From Vicinamibacterales bacterium (GTDB taxonomy: Bacteria > Acidobacteriota > Vicinamibacteria > Vicinamibacterales > UBA8438), in the NCBI GenBank assembly GCA_965221595.1, contig OZ244900.1:2342687-2406686 (forward strand): 64,000 nt of DNA, read 5' to 3'. Made by a program: the position numbers and the translations under genes. Positions 1 to 10,155 of the stretch are shown here, piece after piece. Numbering within the stretch: the first letter of the stretch is position 1; every line of letters starts with the position of its first letter. The notes under the pieces are model-generated. The model saw nothing but the letters and a program-made list of their open reading frames with translations. It ran no database searches and had not been told where the DNA came from.

Positions 1-485
1 GCCGTCCGCAACCGGTCGAGCCCGGCGCCCGACCGCGCCGAAACGGCGACGACCGGCGCCTGCGCCAGGGGCGTACCCGCGAGCAGCTCGCGGGTCTCGA
101 GCTGCACGAGTTCGAGCATCTCGCTGTCCACCAGGTCGCACTTGGTCAATGCGACGACGCCGGTCGTCACGCCGAGCAGCCGGCAGATGTCGAAGTGCTC
201 GCGGGTCTGGGGCATGACGGACTCGTTCGCCGCCACCACCAGCAGCACGGCATCGATGCCGCTCGCGCCAGCCAGCATGTTCCGCACGAACCGCTCATGG
301 CCGGGCACGTCCACGAACGCGAGGTTGACGTCCTCCCGCGAGTAGTGCGCGAACCCCAGGTCGATCGTGATCCCGCGGACCTTCTCCTCCTGCAGGCGGT
401 CGGGATCGACGCCGGTCAGCGCCTGCACCAGCGCGCTCTTCCCGTGGTCTATGTGACCCGCGGTACCAACGACCACGTGTCTCAT
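1..485 (-). CDS. selB: Selenocysteine-specific elongation factor SelB, N-terminal GTPase part (gene runs off the left edge)
   Basis: Own translation of the minus strand from ATG at 485: [69 protein letters not shown]. The G1-G4 motifs and the [15 protein letters not shown] segment are typical of SelB. It is absent from the ORF track because no stop lies in the window. Confidence 0.75.
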   Translation of the reverse strand, partial: MRHVVVGTAGHIDHGKSALVQALTGVDPDRLQEEKVRGITIDLGFAHYSREDVNLAFVDVPGHERFVRNMLAGASGIDAVLLVVAANESVMPQTREHFDICRLLGVTTGVVALTKCDLVDSEMLELVQLETRELLAGTPLAQAPVVAVSARSGAGLDRLRT

Positions 486-504
486 GGCACCCGTCTCCCA
501 CACC

Positions 505-2739
505 TCAACGGCGGCGGCGCGCGCGCCGGCCGGCCGCCGCCGCCACGCCGCGCCGCCGCGGCGGCCGGCGCGGACGTCCCTCCGCCCGTCGCACGCTGTC
601 GAGAATCTCCACCAGCGCCAGTTCCAGCCGGCGGTGGTCCCGGTCGACCCGCACGAGCTGCACGTGCACGGGATCGCCCAATCGGTAGACCTTCCGGGTG
701 TTCTCGCCGCGCAACGCGTGCCGGCCCTCGACCTGGCGGTAGTAGTCGTCGGCCATGCTGGAAATGTGCACGAGCCCCTCGACGAAGTGCTCGATCAGCT
801 CGACGAAGAGGCCGAACTGGGTGACGCCCGTCACGTACCCCGTGAACTCGTCGCCGACCTTGTCGGCCATGAAGCGCACCTTCTTCCACTGTGCGATCTC
901 GCGCTCGGCTTCCTCCGCGCGACGCTCCCTGGCCGACGTGTGGCGGGCCAGCTCCGGCAGGTCCTCCAGCCAGCCCTCCCGCACGTCAGCGGCGGGCGTC
1001 GCCGCCCGCGACTCCCGCAGCGCCCGGTGCACGTGCAGGTCGGGATAGCGGCGAATCGGCGACGTGAAGTGCGTGTAGGTGGGCGCGGCCAGCCCGAAAT
1101 GACCGAGATTAGCTGGGTCGTAACGGGCCTGCTGCATCGTCCGCAGCATCAGGAGTGCCACGGGCCGCTCGGCGGGCTCGCCCCGCAGACGCGCGAGCAG
1201 GCGGCGAAAATCCGCCGGCGTGACGCGGTCGGCAGGCACGCCGAGGCTGAAACCGAGTGCGGCCGTGAAAGCCTCGAACTCGGCGACCCGCGACGAATCG
1301 GGCGCCTCGTGCACGCGGTACAGCGCCGGGACGCGGGCGCGTGCCAGGTGGTCCGCCACCGTCTCGTTGGCCACGAGCATGAACTCCTCGATCAACCGCT
1401 GCGCGAGGTTGCGCTCCGCGGCGACAATCGCCTCGACACGCCCCTGGTCGTCCATCAGGAACTCGGCCGCCGGCAGGTCGAAGTCGATCGAACCCCGTCG
1501 GCGACGCCGCCCGTGCAGCGCCTCGCAGAGCTCGGCCATCGACTCCAACAGCGGCACCAGCGGCTCGCGCGCCGCGCGCACGGCAGCGTCGCCGTCCGCC
1601 AGGATGGCGTTCACCTCTCCGTAGGTCAGACGCGCGTCGCTGTGGATCACACCGTCGTGGATCTCGTAGCGCAGGACCGTCCCGCGCGCATCGATCTCCA
1701 TCAGGCACGACTGCACCAGTCGATCGACCTGCGGCCGCAGACTGCACACGCCGGTGGCCAGCGCCGCGGGGAACATGTGCACCGCGCGGTCCGGAAAATA
1801 GACGGACGTGCCGCGCTCGAGCGCGGCGGCGTCCAGCGCACCGCCCTCCGGCACATAGTGCGCGACGTCCGCGATGTGCACGCCCAGCCAGTAGTTGCCG
1901 TTCGGCAACCGCTCCAGCGTAACGGCGTCGTCGAAGTCCCGCGCCGTGTCGCCGTCGATCGTCACCGTCGGCCAGCGGCGGAAGTCGCGCCGCCCGACGA
2001 TGTCGGCCGCCCGCACCGCAGCGCTGCAGCGCTCGGCCGCAGCGACGGCCGCAGGCTCGTGCTCGTCGGGCAGGTGATGCTTGCGGATGACGAGCTGCGT
2101 GTCGACGCCCGGCGCGTCGATATCGCCAAGCACTTCGCTGACCCGCCCGACCGGGCCGCGCGTGGCGGTCGGCCAGCGGGTCAGCTCGACGGCAACCATG
2201 TCGCCCGGCGCCGCAGTCGCCGCCTCCGCGGCGGGCACGTGCACCTCCATGACCAGCCGCCGGTCGAACGGGAGCACGTAGGCGAGCCCGGCCTCGTCCA
2301 CGTCGTAGCGGCCGACGAGACACTCGGCGGCCCGTTCGAGAACGCGGACGATGCGTCCCTCGGCCCGGTCGGCCCCCGGGCGGCTCTCGATGCGGGCGAC
2401 CACGCGGTCGCCGTGCATGGCCTGGTTCAGATTGGTCCCCGCGATGTAGAGGTCGCCGGCCAGGCCGTCGACGGGATGGTCCGGCTTCACGAAGCCGAAC
2501 CCGCGCGGATGCACGTGCGCGCGCCCGGTCACCAGGCGCATCCGTGCCGGGAGTCCGTAGCGGTTCCCGCGCACCTTGATCAGTTCGCCGGCGCCGACCA
2601 GGGTGGCCAGCCGCCGCCGCAGACTGACGCGCTGCTCCCGCGGCAGGCCGAGCTTCTGCATGATCTCACGGACCGTCGCCGGATGGTCCAGCGTCGCGCG
2701 GATGTCTTCGAGAATCCGTTCGGGGGTCAGCATCGTCAT
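505..2739 (-). CDS. rnr: Ribonuclease R (RNB-family 3'-5' exoribonuclease with C-terminal S1 domain)
   Basis: ORF 505..3081. Conserved RNase R sequence begins at [13 protein letters not shown] (ATG at 2739). HTH/cold-shock-like N-terminus (GFGFV), RNB core (DFDDAV, HIADV, LSPDE-like region) and S1 tail with a basic C-terminus. The upstream 114 codons are Arg/Pro-rich and overlap the next gene, so the internal start was chosen. Confidence 0.9.
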   Translation of the reverse strand: MTMLTPERILEDIRATLDHPATVREIMQKLGLPREQRVSLRRRLATLVGAGELIKVRGNRYGLPARMRLVTGRAHVHPRGFGFVKPDHPVDGLAGDLYIAGTNLNQAMHGDRVVARIESRPGADRAEGRIVRVLERAAECLVGRYDVDEAGLAYVLPFDRRLVMEVHVPAAEAATAAPGDMVAVELTRWPTATRGPVGRVSEVLGDIDAPGVDTQLVIRKHHLPDEHEPAAVAAAERCSAAVRAADIVGRRDFRRWPTVTIDGDTARDFDDAVTLERLPNGNYWLGVHIADVAHYVPEGGALDAAALERGTSVYFPDRAVHMFPAALATGVCSLRPQVDRLVQSCLMEIDARGTVLRYEIHDGVIHSDARLTYGEVNAILADGDAAVRAAREPLVPLLESMAELCEALHGRRRRRGSIDFDLPAAEFLMDDQGRVEAIVAAERNLAQRLIEEFMLVANETVADHLARARVPALYRVHEAPDSSRVAEFEAFTAALGFSLGVPADRVTPADFRRLLARLRGEPAERPVALLMLRTMQQARYDPANLGHFGLAAPTYTHFTSPIRRYPDLHVHRALRESRAATPAADVREGWLEDLPELARHTSARERRAEEAEREIAQWKKVRFMADKVGDEFTGYVTGVTQFGLFVELIEHFVEGLVHISSMADDYYRQVEGRHALRGENTRKVYRLGDPVHVQLVRVDRDHRRLELALVEILDSVRRAEGRPRRPPRRRGVAAAAGRRARRRR

Positions 2740-4046
2740 GCGATGAGCAGCACCTGCAGGTCGCCGACGTTGGCGCGGGTCGGACCGAGACGTACCAGGT
2801 CGCCGAGCCGGTCGAGGAACGGATAGGCATCGTTGTCGGCGAGGTGGCGGCGCAGCGCCGAGCGCCCCGCGGCGCCGGCCCGCACGAGGGTCGTCGTATC
2901 GACGATCGCGCCAGCGGCGTCCGTCGGGCCGTCGACCCCGTCGGTTCCAACGCTGAGCAGCGCCGCGCAGTCGAACCGCTCGCCGAGCAGAGGCGCCGCA
3001 GCGAGCGCGAACTCCTGGTTGCGCCCCCCGCGGCCGTCCCTCTTCACCGTGACGGTCGTCTCGCCCCCGGATACCACGCACGTCGGGCGCGCGCGCGCCG
3101 CGCCGATCCCCGCCACCCGCCGCACGTACGCCTCGGCCGCGACGCGGGCCTCCCCGATCACCGGTTCGGCCAGCTTCTCGACGTGATAGCCGAGGTCGGC
3201 TGCCCTGCCGGCCGCCGCGTCCAGCGCGTCCCGGCGGCTGCCGATGACGCGGACGCGCGAGCGGTCCAGGCGCGGATCGCCCGGCTTGGGCGTCTCCGGG
3301 AGCAATCCCCGCTCTCCGCGCGCGAGCGCCTGCCGGGCCGCCGCCGGGAACTTCGCGCGCACCGCGCCCGTGTCAGCCACGTCGAGCGCGTCGGCGAAGG
3401 TGGTCGGATCCGGCGCGGTCGGGCCCGAGCCGATCACCGCCGGGTCGTCGGGAACCGGGCCGACCACGTCCGAGACCGCGAGGGTGACGACATCCGCGGC
3501 CGCGGACGCCGCCAGCCAGCCGCCCTTCACCGCCGAGAGGTGCTTGCGGACGCAATTGATCCGGTCGATGGCAACCCCGCCGGCCAGCAGCGCGCGGTTG
3601 GCCTCCATCTTGGCGTCGAGGGTCAGGCCGGCGACGGGAACCGCCAGCGCAGCCGACGCCCCGCCCGACAGCAGCACGACCAGCAGGTCGCCGGCGGGGG
3701 TACGACTCGCGAGCTCCAGGGCGCGCCGCCCCGCGGCGACGCTCTCCGCATCCGGGACCGGATGCCCGACCCGCCTCCGCTCGAGAGGACCGCTGGGCTC
3801 TCCAACGGTTGGCGCCGCGACGAGGCCTGTCGTCACCGACCGGGGATACAGACGCAGGAAGGCCGCGGCCATCGGTTCCGCTACCTTGCCCGCGGCGACC
3901 AGCGTAATCGCCCGCCCGCGCAGCTCCGCACCGAGCGGGGTCCGCGCGAGCGCGCGCGTGACCAGCCGCGCCCCGGATACGGCGGTGATGGCAGCGTCGG
4001 CGATGTCGAGCAGGTGGCGCCGCAGGGCGGCAGTCGCGTTCTTCAG
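2736..4046 (-). CDS. Glycerate 2-kinase / hydroxypyruvate reductase-like protein (DUF4147 + MOFRL family)
   Basis: ORF 2736..4244. Motifs LLSGGASA, RKHLSAVKGG, VVSGGETTVTV, GGRNQEFALAAA, GTDGVDGPTDAAGA. The stop overlaps the rnr ATG (ATGA). The true start is uncertain: no ATG or GTG lies near the conserved N-terminus, and CTG at 4046 overlaps the upstream ORF stop. Confidence 0.8.
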   Translation of the reverse strand: MKNATAALRRHLLDIADAAITAVSGARLVTRALARTPLGAELRGRAITLVAAGKVAEPMAAAFLRLYPRSVTTGLVAAPTVGEPSGPLERRRVGHPVPDAESVAAGRRALELASRTPAGDLLVVLLSGGASAALAVPVAGLTLDAKMEANRALLAGGVAIDRINCVRKHLSAVKGGWLAASAAADVVTLAVSDVVGPVPDDPAVIGSGPTAPDPTTFADALDVADTGAVRAKFPAAARQALARGERGLLPETPKPGDPRLDRSRVRVIGSRRDALDAAAGRAADLGYHVEKLAEPVIGEARVAAEAYVRRVAGIGAARARPTCVVSGGETTVTVKRDGRGGRNQEFALAAAPLLGERFDCAALLSVGTDGVDGPTDAAGAIVDTTTLVRAGAAGRSALRRHLADNDAYPFLDRLGDLVRLGPTRANVGDLQVLLIA

Positions 4047-4351
4047 TGGGACTTCTTCTGGTCGGGGTCGGACCAATCCGAGAGGCGCGTGACGCCGTCG
4101 ATCCTCCGCAGCAGCCGGCTCACGAGCAGCGCCCCGTTCTCGCGCGCGCACAGGCGGTCGACCTCGGATATCAGGCGCGTCAGTACCGCCTCGATGTCGC
4201 CGATGGTCTTTGCCGAATAGTACTCGCGTTGCCGTTCGAGACACCGGCGATGCTTGAGCAGCTCGTCGCGGTAGAAGCTGGTGCGGCCGGAGAAATCGGC
4301 CGGGCGCCGGGGCTCGCGCCCGAGCAAGCCGTCGTGGTTCGATGGCGGCAT
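4043..4351 (-). CDS. Hypothetical small protein (102 aa)
   Basis: ORF 4043..4456, trimmed to ATG at 4351 (MPPSNHDGLL...). Non-repetitive helical-looking sequence, and its stop overlaps the downstream gene. No family recognised. Confidence 0.45.
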   Translation of the reverse strand: MPPSNHDGLLGREPRRPADFSGRTSFYRDELLKHRRCLERQREYYSAKTIGDIEAVLTRLISEVDRLCARENGALLVSRLLRRIDGVTRLSDWSDPDQKKSH

Positions 4352-4523
4352 CGATCTCGGAAGTTCAGTGTAGCCGTCACCCTTCGCCGGTGTCAATTCA
4401 ACGACGCCCGGGCCCGCCGACCCGCCGGCGATCCGTGGTGCAACGCCGCGTCGCACGGAGCGCTGGCCGCGGCCGCACGGCCGGAACCGGCGCGGTCGCC
4501 GCCCGCCAGCGGTCCGCGACCCG

Positions 4524-5990
4524 CTACGGCGCCGGCTCCGGGCGTTCGCTCCCGCCGTCCAACGCGCTCTGCACCATCGCGCGCACCAGGCGCGGGTTGG
4601 CCTGGCCGCGCGTCTGCCGCATCACCTGGCCTACCAGGAACCCCAGCGTGCCCGTCTTGCCCCCACGGTAGCTGGCAACCGCCTGCGGATTGGCCTCCAG
4701 GGCCGTCTGCACCGCGGCGTCCAGCACCGCCGCGTCGTCGATCTGTGCGAGCCCTTCGGCCTCGACGACGGCCTGCGCCGACTCCCCCGACGCGACCATC
4801 CGCTCGAATACGGTCTTGGCGACCGAGGCGCTGATGGCGCCCTGCTCCACGAGCTCGATCAGGGCGCACAGGCCGGCCGGGTCGACTCGCAGCTCCCCGA
4901 TATCGATGGCGTGCTCGTTCAGGTGCCGGCGCACCGGCCCCATGATCCAGTTGCCGGCGGCCCGCGGGTTCCGCGAGCGCCGCGCGGTCTCCTCGAAGTA
5001 GTCGGCGATGCTCGCCGACTGGGACAGCCACGCGGCCTCCGGTGCGGTGAGGCCGTACTCGCTCAGAAAGCGGCGCTTGCGCTGTTCCGGCAGTTCCGGC
5101 AGTGCCGCCCGGATGGTCGCGACCCAGCTCTCCGGCACCTCGAGCGGCGGCAGATCGGGTTCCGGAAAGTAGCGATAGTCGTGCGCCTCCTCCTTCGTCC
5201 GCATGGGCAGCGTGGAGCCGCTGGCCGTATCCCACAGGCGGGTTTCCTGGACGACGACGACGCCGCGTCGCAGCAGGTCGGCCTGCCGCTCGAACTCGTA
5301 GTCGAGCGCGCGCTGGAGGAAGCGGAAGGAGTTGATGTTCTTCACCTCCACCTTCACCCCGAGCGCCTCGGTCCCGGCCGGCCGCAGCGAGACATTCGCA
5401 TCGCAGCGCAGACTCCCCTGCTCCATGTTGCCGTCATTGACGCCGATGGCCCGAAACAGCGCCCGCAGCCGGCCGAAGAAGTCGGCCGCCGCCGCACTGG
5501 AGCGCAGGTCGGGGTGGGTCACGATCTCGATCAGCGGGACACCGCTGCGGTTGAAGTCCAGGTGGGTGGCGCGGTCGGGGCCGGAGACGCCCTCGTGCAG
5601 CGACTTGCCCGCATCCTCTTCGAGGTGCACGCGGATGATGCGCACCGCGACGGTTTGCCCGTCCGATTCGTACTCGACGTGGCCGGCAGTGGCCAGCGGC
5701 TGCTCGTACTGCGAGATCTGGTAGCCCTTCGGAAGGTCCGGGTAGAAGTAGTTCTTGCGCGCGAACAGGGATGTCGGCTGGATCGTGCACCCGAGGGCGA
5801 GCGCGGCACGCACCGCCAACTCCACGGCCCGCCGGTTGAGCACAGGCAGCGCGCCGGGCAATCCCAGGCAGACGGGACAGACGTGCGAGTTCGGCGGTGC
5901 GCCGAACCCGGCGCTGCAGCCGCAGAAGATCTTCGTCTCGGTGAGGAGCTGGGCGTGTATCTCGAGGCCGATGACCGGTTCGAAGTCCAT
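4524..5990 (-). CDS. gatB: Asp-tRNA(Asn)/Glu-tRNA(Gln) amidotransferase subunit B
   Basis: ORF 4524..6017. MDFEPVIGLEIHAQLLTETKIFCGC...CPVCLGLPGALPVLN and the GatB/YqeY C-terminal tail. Start set to ATG at 5990 (MDFEPV). Confidence 0.95.
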   Translation of the reverse strand: MDFEPVIGLEIHAQLLTETKIFCGCSAGFGAPPNSHVCPVCLGLPGALPVLNRRAVELAVRAALALGCTIQPTSLFARKNYFYPDLPKGYQISQYEQPLATAGHVEYESDGQTVAVRIIRVHLEEDAGKSLHEGVSGPDRATHLDFNRSGVPLIEIVTHPDLRSSAAAADFFGRLRALFRAIGVNDGNMEQGSLRCDANVSLRPAGTEALGVKVEVKNINSFRFLQRALDYEFERQADLLRRGVVVVQETRLWDTASGSTLPMRTKEEAHDYRYFPEPDLPPLEVPESWVATIRAALPELPEQRKRRFLSEYGLTAPEAAWLSQSASIADYFEETARRSRNPRAAGNWIMGPVRRHLNEHAIDIGELRVDPAGLCALIELVEQGAISASVAKTVFERMVASGESAQAVVEAEGLAQIDDAAVLDAAVQTALEANPQAVASYRGGKTGTLGFLVGQVMRQTRGQANPRLVRAMVQSALDGGSERPEPAP

Positions 5991-6013
5991 GGCGCGGACG
6001 CCGCGGCCGACCG

Positions 6014-7609
6014 TCACGCGCGGGGGCCGGCAGTCCTGATGTCGTCGGCAGCCTCGGCCTCGAAGCGCTTGAAGTTCTCGGTGAACATTCCCGCGAGTCG
6101 GCCCGCCTGGGCGTCATAGTCCGCCGCGTTGTCCCACGTCGCGCGCGGCGTCAGCACCCCGGAGGGAACGTCCGGGCAGCTCATGGGCACGTCGACGTTG
6201 AAGCGCGTGTCGGTCTCGTACGCCACGTCGTCGAGCGCCCCCGACAGCGCCGCCGTGATCATCGCGCGGGTATGACCGATCGGCATCCGCCGCCCGACGC
6301 CGTACGCGCCGCCGGTCCAGCCGGTGTTGACGAGCCAGACCTGCGAGCGGTGTGTCGCGATGCGCTCGCCGAGCAGCTTGGCGTAGACGGTCGGGTGCCA
6401 CACCATGAACGGTGCGCCGAAGCAGGTGCTGAAGGTGGCCTGTGGCTCGGTGACACCCTTTTCCGTCCCGGCCACCTTCGCGGTGTAGCCGGCCAGGAAG
6501 TGGTACATCGCACCCGCCGAGCTGAGCCGCGAGATCGGCGGCAGGACACCGAAGGCATCGGCGGTCAGCATGACGATGTTCGCGGGATGCCCGCCCTGCC
6601 CCGACGGCACCCAGTTCTCGATGAACGAGATGGGGTACGCGCCGCGCGTGTTCTCGGTCAGCGTGCCGTCGTCGAGGTCCAGCCGGCGCGTCTGCGGGTC
6701 GAGCACCACGTTCTCGAGCACCGTGCCGAAGCGGCGGGTCGTCGCGTAGATCTCGGGCTCGGCCTCCGCGGACAATTCGATCGTCTTCGCGTAGCAGCCG
6801 CCCTCGAAGTTGAACACACCCCGCTCGCTCCAGCCGTGCTCGTCATCGCCGAGAAGGCGGCGCAGCGGGTCGCTGGAGAGCGTGGTCTTGCCGGTGCCCG
6901 ACAGGCCGAAGAAGAGGGCCGTGTCGCCCGCCGCGCCGATGTTGGCCGAACAGTGCATCGGCAAAACGTTCCGCAGCGGCAGCAGGTAGTTCATCACCGA
7001 GAAGATGGACTTCTTGGTCTCGCCCGCATAGCTGGTCCCCCCGATCAACACGAGCCGTTCGGCCAGGTTCACCAGGATGAACACGCCGGAACGGGTGCCG
7101 TGCAGCGCGGGATCGGCCTGCATAGACGGCGAGTTGATCACCGTGAACTCCGGCGTATGCTCCGGATCCACGGTGCCGGCCGGGCCCGAAAGGAACATCG
7201 TGCGCGCGAACAGGCTGTGCCACGCCAGCTCGGTGATGATCCGCACCGGCAGCCGGTACTCGCGATCGGCCCCGGCGTAGCAATCCTGGACGAACAGGTC
7301 CTTGCCCCGGAGCGACGCCAGCATCGCCTGCCTGACAGCCTCGAACTGACCCGGCTCGATGGCCCGGTTCACGGACCCCCACCACACGTTCTTCTCGCTC
7401 GACGGCTCACGGACCAGGAACCGGTCGTTCGGGGATCGTCCCGTGTGCACACCCGTACGGCACACGAGCGGACCGTGCTCGGCCAGCACCCCCTCGGAGC
7501 GCCGAATCGCGTGCTCGTACAGAGCCGCGGTGCCGAGGTTGCGATACACGTGGCGCGGCTCGGTGATGCCGTGCGCGGCGAGGCTGAACGTGGGCGCGGC
7601 GTCTTGCAT
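6014..7609 (-). CDS. pckA: Phosphoenolpyruvate carboxykinase (ATP)
   Basis: ORF 6014..7687. TGRSPNDRF, kinase-1a GLSGTGKTTLS, DDEHGW, and about 530 aa from ATG at 7609 (MQDAAPTF). Confidence 0.95.
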   Translation of the reverse strand: MQDAAPTFSLAAHGITEPRHVYRNLGTAALYEHAIRRSEGVLAEHGPLVCRTGVHTGRSPNDRFLVREPSSEKNVWWGSVNRAIEPGQFEAVRQAMLASLRGKDLFVQDCYAGADREYRLPVRIITELAWHSLFARTMFLSGPAGTVDPEHTPEFTVINSPSMQADPALHGTRSGVFILVNLAERLVLIGGTSYAGETKKSIFSVMNYLLPLRNVLPMHCSANIGAAGDTALFFGLSGTGKTTLSSDPLRRLLGDDEHGWSERGVFNFEGGCYAKTIELSAEAEPEIYATTRRFGTVLENVVLDPQTRRLDLDDGTLTENTRGAYPISFIENWVPSGQGGHPANIVMLTADAFGVLPPISRLSSAGAMYHFLAGYTAKVAGTEKGVTEPQATFSTCFGAPFMVWHPTVYAKLLGERIATHRSQVWLVNTGWTGGAYGVGRRMPIGHTRAMITAALSGALDDVAYETDTRFNVDVPMSCPDVPSGVLTPRATWDNAADYDAQAGRLAGMFTENFKRFEAEAADDIRTAGPRA

Positions 7610-7782
7610 GTCTGCTAAGGTCTTGTCGCGGGCAGTCGGGTGCCGAAGGAACGAAAAATCGTAAACGCCGGTACTTCGGAAAGTCAAACGCGGCAGGGCT
7701 TTCCGGGGCTGGCGGCGGGCGCCCCCCGGTCCGATACCTCCTGCAGGACGGCATCGCTACCCTATCGACGGTGACTCGACGA

Positions 7783-8796
7783 ATGAACATGCACATCCCG
7801 CCCTCCCCGGCACGCCTCCGCACGGCGAGCTGCCTTCTCATCTGTACAGCGCTGCTCGCGGCCGCGTGCTCCGGCCCGCGACGGGTCGCGCGCCCCGACT
7901 TCGCTCCCGGCGCGGACGTCTCCGGCATCGAGCTCCGCATCCGTACGCACGACGGCAAGCGCCGGCGCATCGCATTGGACGACTACGTGCGGGGCGCGAT
8001 ACTGCCCGAGGCAGCTCTCACGAACCTCGATTCCGGCGCCGCCCTCCGCGTGGCCCAGGTCCAGGCGATCCTGGCGCGCACGTACGCGCTCTCGAATCTC
8101 GGCCGGCACGCCGACGAGGGCTTCGACCTGTGCGCGACGACGCACTGTCAGGTCTACCGTGATCTCGAGGATTGGCCGTCGCACCTCGTGCGGCTCGCCG
8201 AGGAGGCCGTGAGCTCCACGAGCAATGTCCTCGTCACCTATGCCGGCCAGCCCATCAACGCGGTCTTCCATGCCGATTGCGGGGGCCATACGAGCGCGGC
8301 CGACGTCGTCTGGTCCGGCGCGGCGCCGGCCTATCTCCGCGGGACGCCGGATGCCTTCTGCGTTCTCGACGGCTCCAAGCCGTGGCGCTTCGAGACCACG
8401 GTGTCCGCGCTGCGCCGGGAACTCAACCGTAGCGACCGCACGCGCGTCGGCGGACGCCTCGACGAATTGGTGGTGACCCGCCGCGACCCGGGCGGGCGGG
8501 CCGAGCGCGTCCTGCTGCGCGGCGAGCACACCGTCGAGGTGCGCGGGGAGCATCTGCGTGCCGCCGTCGTACCCCGCTTCGGACCGCGCTCGGTGAAGAG
8601 CACGCGGTTCACCGTGCAGCGCACGGGCGACACCGTCGTGTTCGAGGGGCAGGGCTTCGGCCATGGGGTCGGGCTCTGCCAAATCGGTGCGCGGGCGCGG
8701 GCACTGGCTGGTCACTCGGCGCGCGCCATCCTGGAGCACTACTACCCCGGGACGGCCGTCGGCATGCCCCGCAGTCGCCTGACCCAGCCGCGTTGA
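7783..8796 (+). CDS. SpoIID/LytB-domain protein, probable lipoprotein
   Basis: ORF 7771..8796. Lipobox-like LLAAACSG, then LDDYVRGAILPE, RTYAL, CATTHCQVY, FHADCGGHT, GHGVGLCQ. The ATG at 7783 is preferred over GTG at 7771. Confidence 0.85.
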   Translation: MNMHIPPSPARLRTASCLLICTALLAAACSGPRRVARPDFAPGADVSGIELRIRTHDGKRRRIALDDYVRGAILPEAALTNLDSGAALRVAQVQAILARTYALSNLGRHADEGFDLCATTHCQVYRDLEDWPSHLVRLAEEAVSSTSNVLVTYAGQPINAVFHADCGGHTSAADVVWSGAAPAYLRGTPDAFCVLDGSKPWRFETTVSALRRELNRSDRTRVGGRLDELVVTRRDPGGRAERVLLRGEHTVEVRGEHLRAAVVPRFGPRSVKSTRFTVQRTGDTVVFEGQGFGHGVGLCQIGARARALAGHSARAILEHYYPGTAVGMPRSRLTQPR

Positions 8797-8902
8797 CCGC
8801 GCTGCGCCTGCGCCGGGCGGCTGGTCTATCATTGAGACAGAGGAAGCGGCGCCGGCGACCGGATGCCCGCGCGGGCATCCGCCGGCCGCGGCCCCATCGA
8901 GC

Positions 8903-9559
8903 ATGCCCGACGTGCACCTCGCGGCCAGCGCGCCGCCGGCCGACGAACCGACCAACACGGTCCTGGTGCGGCAGGTCAAGACCCTGCTGGCGCGCGGCGA
9001 CTCCGCCGCGGCGCAACGGCTCTTCGGAACCCTGGTCGAGCGCTACCAGCGGCGCGCCGCCCGCCTCGCGTATCACTACCTGCGCGACCCCGTGGAAGTC
9101 GAGGAGGCCGTGCAGGACGCCTTCCTGAAGGTGTTCGAGCACTTGCCCGAGTGCCGGACCGAATGGCGGTTCGACCTGTGGTTCACCCGCATCGTCGTCA
9201 ACGGCTGCCTGGATCGGCTGAAGGCACGTACACGGCGTCAGCGGTTGCTCGTGGCGGCCAGCGCGGAGGGCTGCAGCCTGCACGCGGGCCGCGCGGCGGA
9301 CAGTCCGTCTCCCGAGGGCGCGCTGCTCGCCCGCGAGACGCGGCGGCGCCTGCTGGAGGCCGTCGAACGCCTGCCGGATCGGCAGCGCTCTGCCGTGCTC
9401 CTCACCCGCTTCGAAGGACATTCGCCTCGTGAGGCCGGCGCCATTCTCGGATTGAACGAGGCAACGGTGCGGGTGCATCTGTTTCGCGCCGTGCAGACGC
9501 TGCGCGCGCGCCTGCGCCGGCCGCGGCCCGCCGGGCGCGGCCAGGCCGAGAGTGCATGA
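8903..9559 (+). CDS. ECF-type RNA polymerase sigma-70 family factor
   Basis: Region 2 (YQRRAARLAYHYLRDPVEVEEAVQDAFLKVF, FDLWFTRIVVNGCLD) and region 4 (LPDRQRSAVLLTRFEGHSPREAGAILGLNEATVRVHLFRA). Confidence 0.85.
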   Translation: MPDVHLAASAPPADEPTNTVLVRQVKTLLARGDSAAAQRLFGTLVERYQRRAARLAYHYLRDPVEVEEAVQDAFLKVFEHLPECRTEWRFDLWFTRIVVNGCLDRLKARTRRQRLLVAASAEGCSLHAGRAADSPSPEGALLARETRRRLLEAVERLPDRQRSAVLLTRFEGHSPREAGAILGLNEATVRVHLFRAVQTLRARLRRPRPAGRGQAESA

Positions 9560-10155
9560 GCGTGCGGCTCCTTCCCGGCTCGCGGCACCTGACCGATGCG
9601 GACGTGCTGACCGTGCTGTTGCCCTCTTCCGCCGCTGATCGGCGCCGGTCCGCCGCGGCGCGGCACGTGCGCCGCTGCGCGGCGTGCGCGGCGCGCCAGG
9701 TGGAAATCGGACGGTTGCTCGACGACCTCGCCGCGGCTCACGACGAAACGTTCGAGGCCGCCTTTCCGCCGGGACGGTTGGATGCACTGCGCGACCGCGT
9801 CCTGCGCAAGCTGGAGCGGGCCGGCGACAATCGCGCCCCGCGAGCCCGCATTCTCCGTTTTCCGGACAATCGGCGCCGGCGCCCGTGGACCGCGGCGACC
9901 CGCCGGCTACGGTCGCGCAACCGCGTACTGCTGGGCGCGGCGGCGGCCGCGGTGCTGCTGATCGCCCTGGGTCTGGTGCACCTGCCGCGGCCCGCGCCGG
10001 CGCCTGGGGCGGCGGCCGGAGCGGCCGGCGCAGCGTCCGACGAGGCGTTCCTCGACGCGGTCGACAAGGCGCTGGACGGTCCGCAGGTACCCGAGCTCAG
10101 CACCCTGGACACCCTCACGCCGCAGGTGCGTGAAGCGGCGATCGATCTCTGGTGA
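9556..10155 (+). CDS. Putative anti-sigma factor (zf-HC2-like, single-pass membrane)
   Basis: ATGA overlap with the sigma gene. H-x3-C-x2-C motif (HVRRCAAC) and a hydrophobic segment VLLGAAAAAVLLIALGLV. Confidence 0.6.
   Translation: MSVRLLPGSRHLTDADVLTVLLPSSAADRRRSAAARHVRRCAACAARQVEIGRLLDDLAAAHDETFEAAFPPGRLDALRDRVLRKLERAGDNRAPRARILRFPDNRRRRPWTAATRRLRSRNRVLLGAAAAAVLLIALGLVHLPRPAPAPGAAAGAAGAASDEAFLDAVDKALDGPQVPELSTLDTLTPQVREAAIDLW

Noticed and set aside
484-2826. 780-aa plus-strand ORF antisense to rnr, and similar very long shadow ORFs: 11715..13631(-), 14931..17447(+), 39664..42264(+), 43059..45320(-), 47320..49917(-), 53009..54898(-), 56268..58112(-)
   Set aside because: They are Arg/Ala/Pro/Gly/His-rich with no recognisable motifs. 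Each lies opposite a gene with clear family signatures. These are the typical stop-codon-poor antisense frames of GC-rich DNA.
2740-3081. N-terminal 114-codon extension of the RNase R ORF; similar extensions of the ArsA-like (22150-22437), thioredoxin-domain (60163-61044), CRTAC1 (38519-38578) and cytochrome (28102-28200) ORFs
   Set aside because: The extensions are Arg/Pro/Gly-rich, overlap neighbouring well-supported genes, and precede an internal start where family-conserved sequence or a signal peptide begins.
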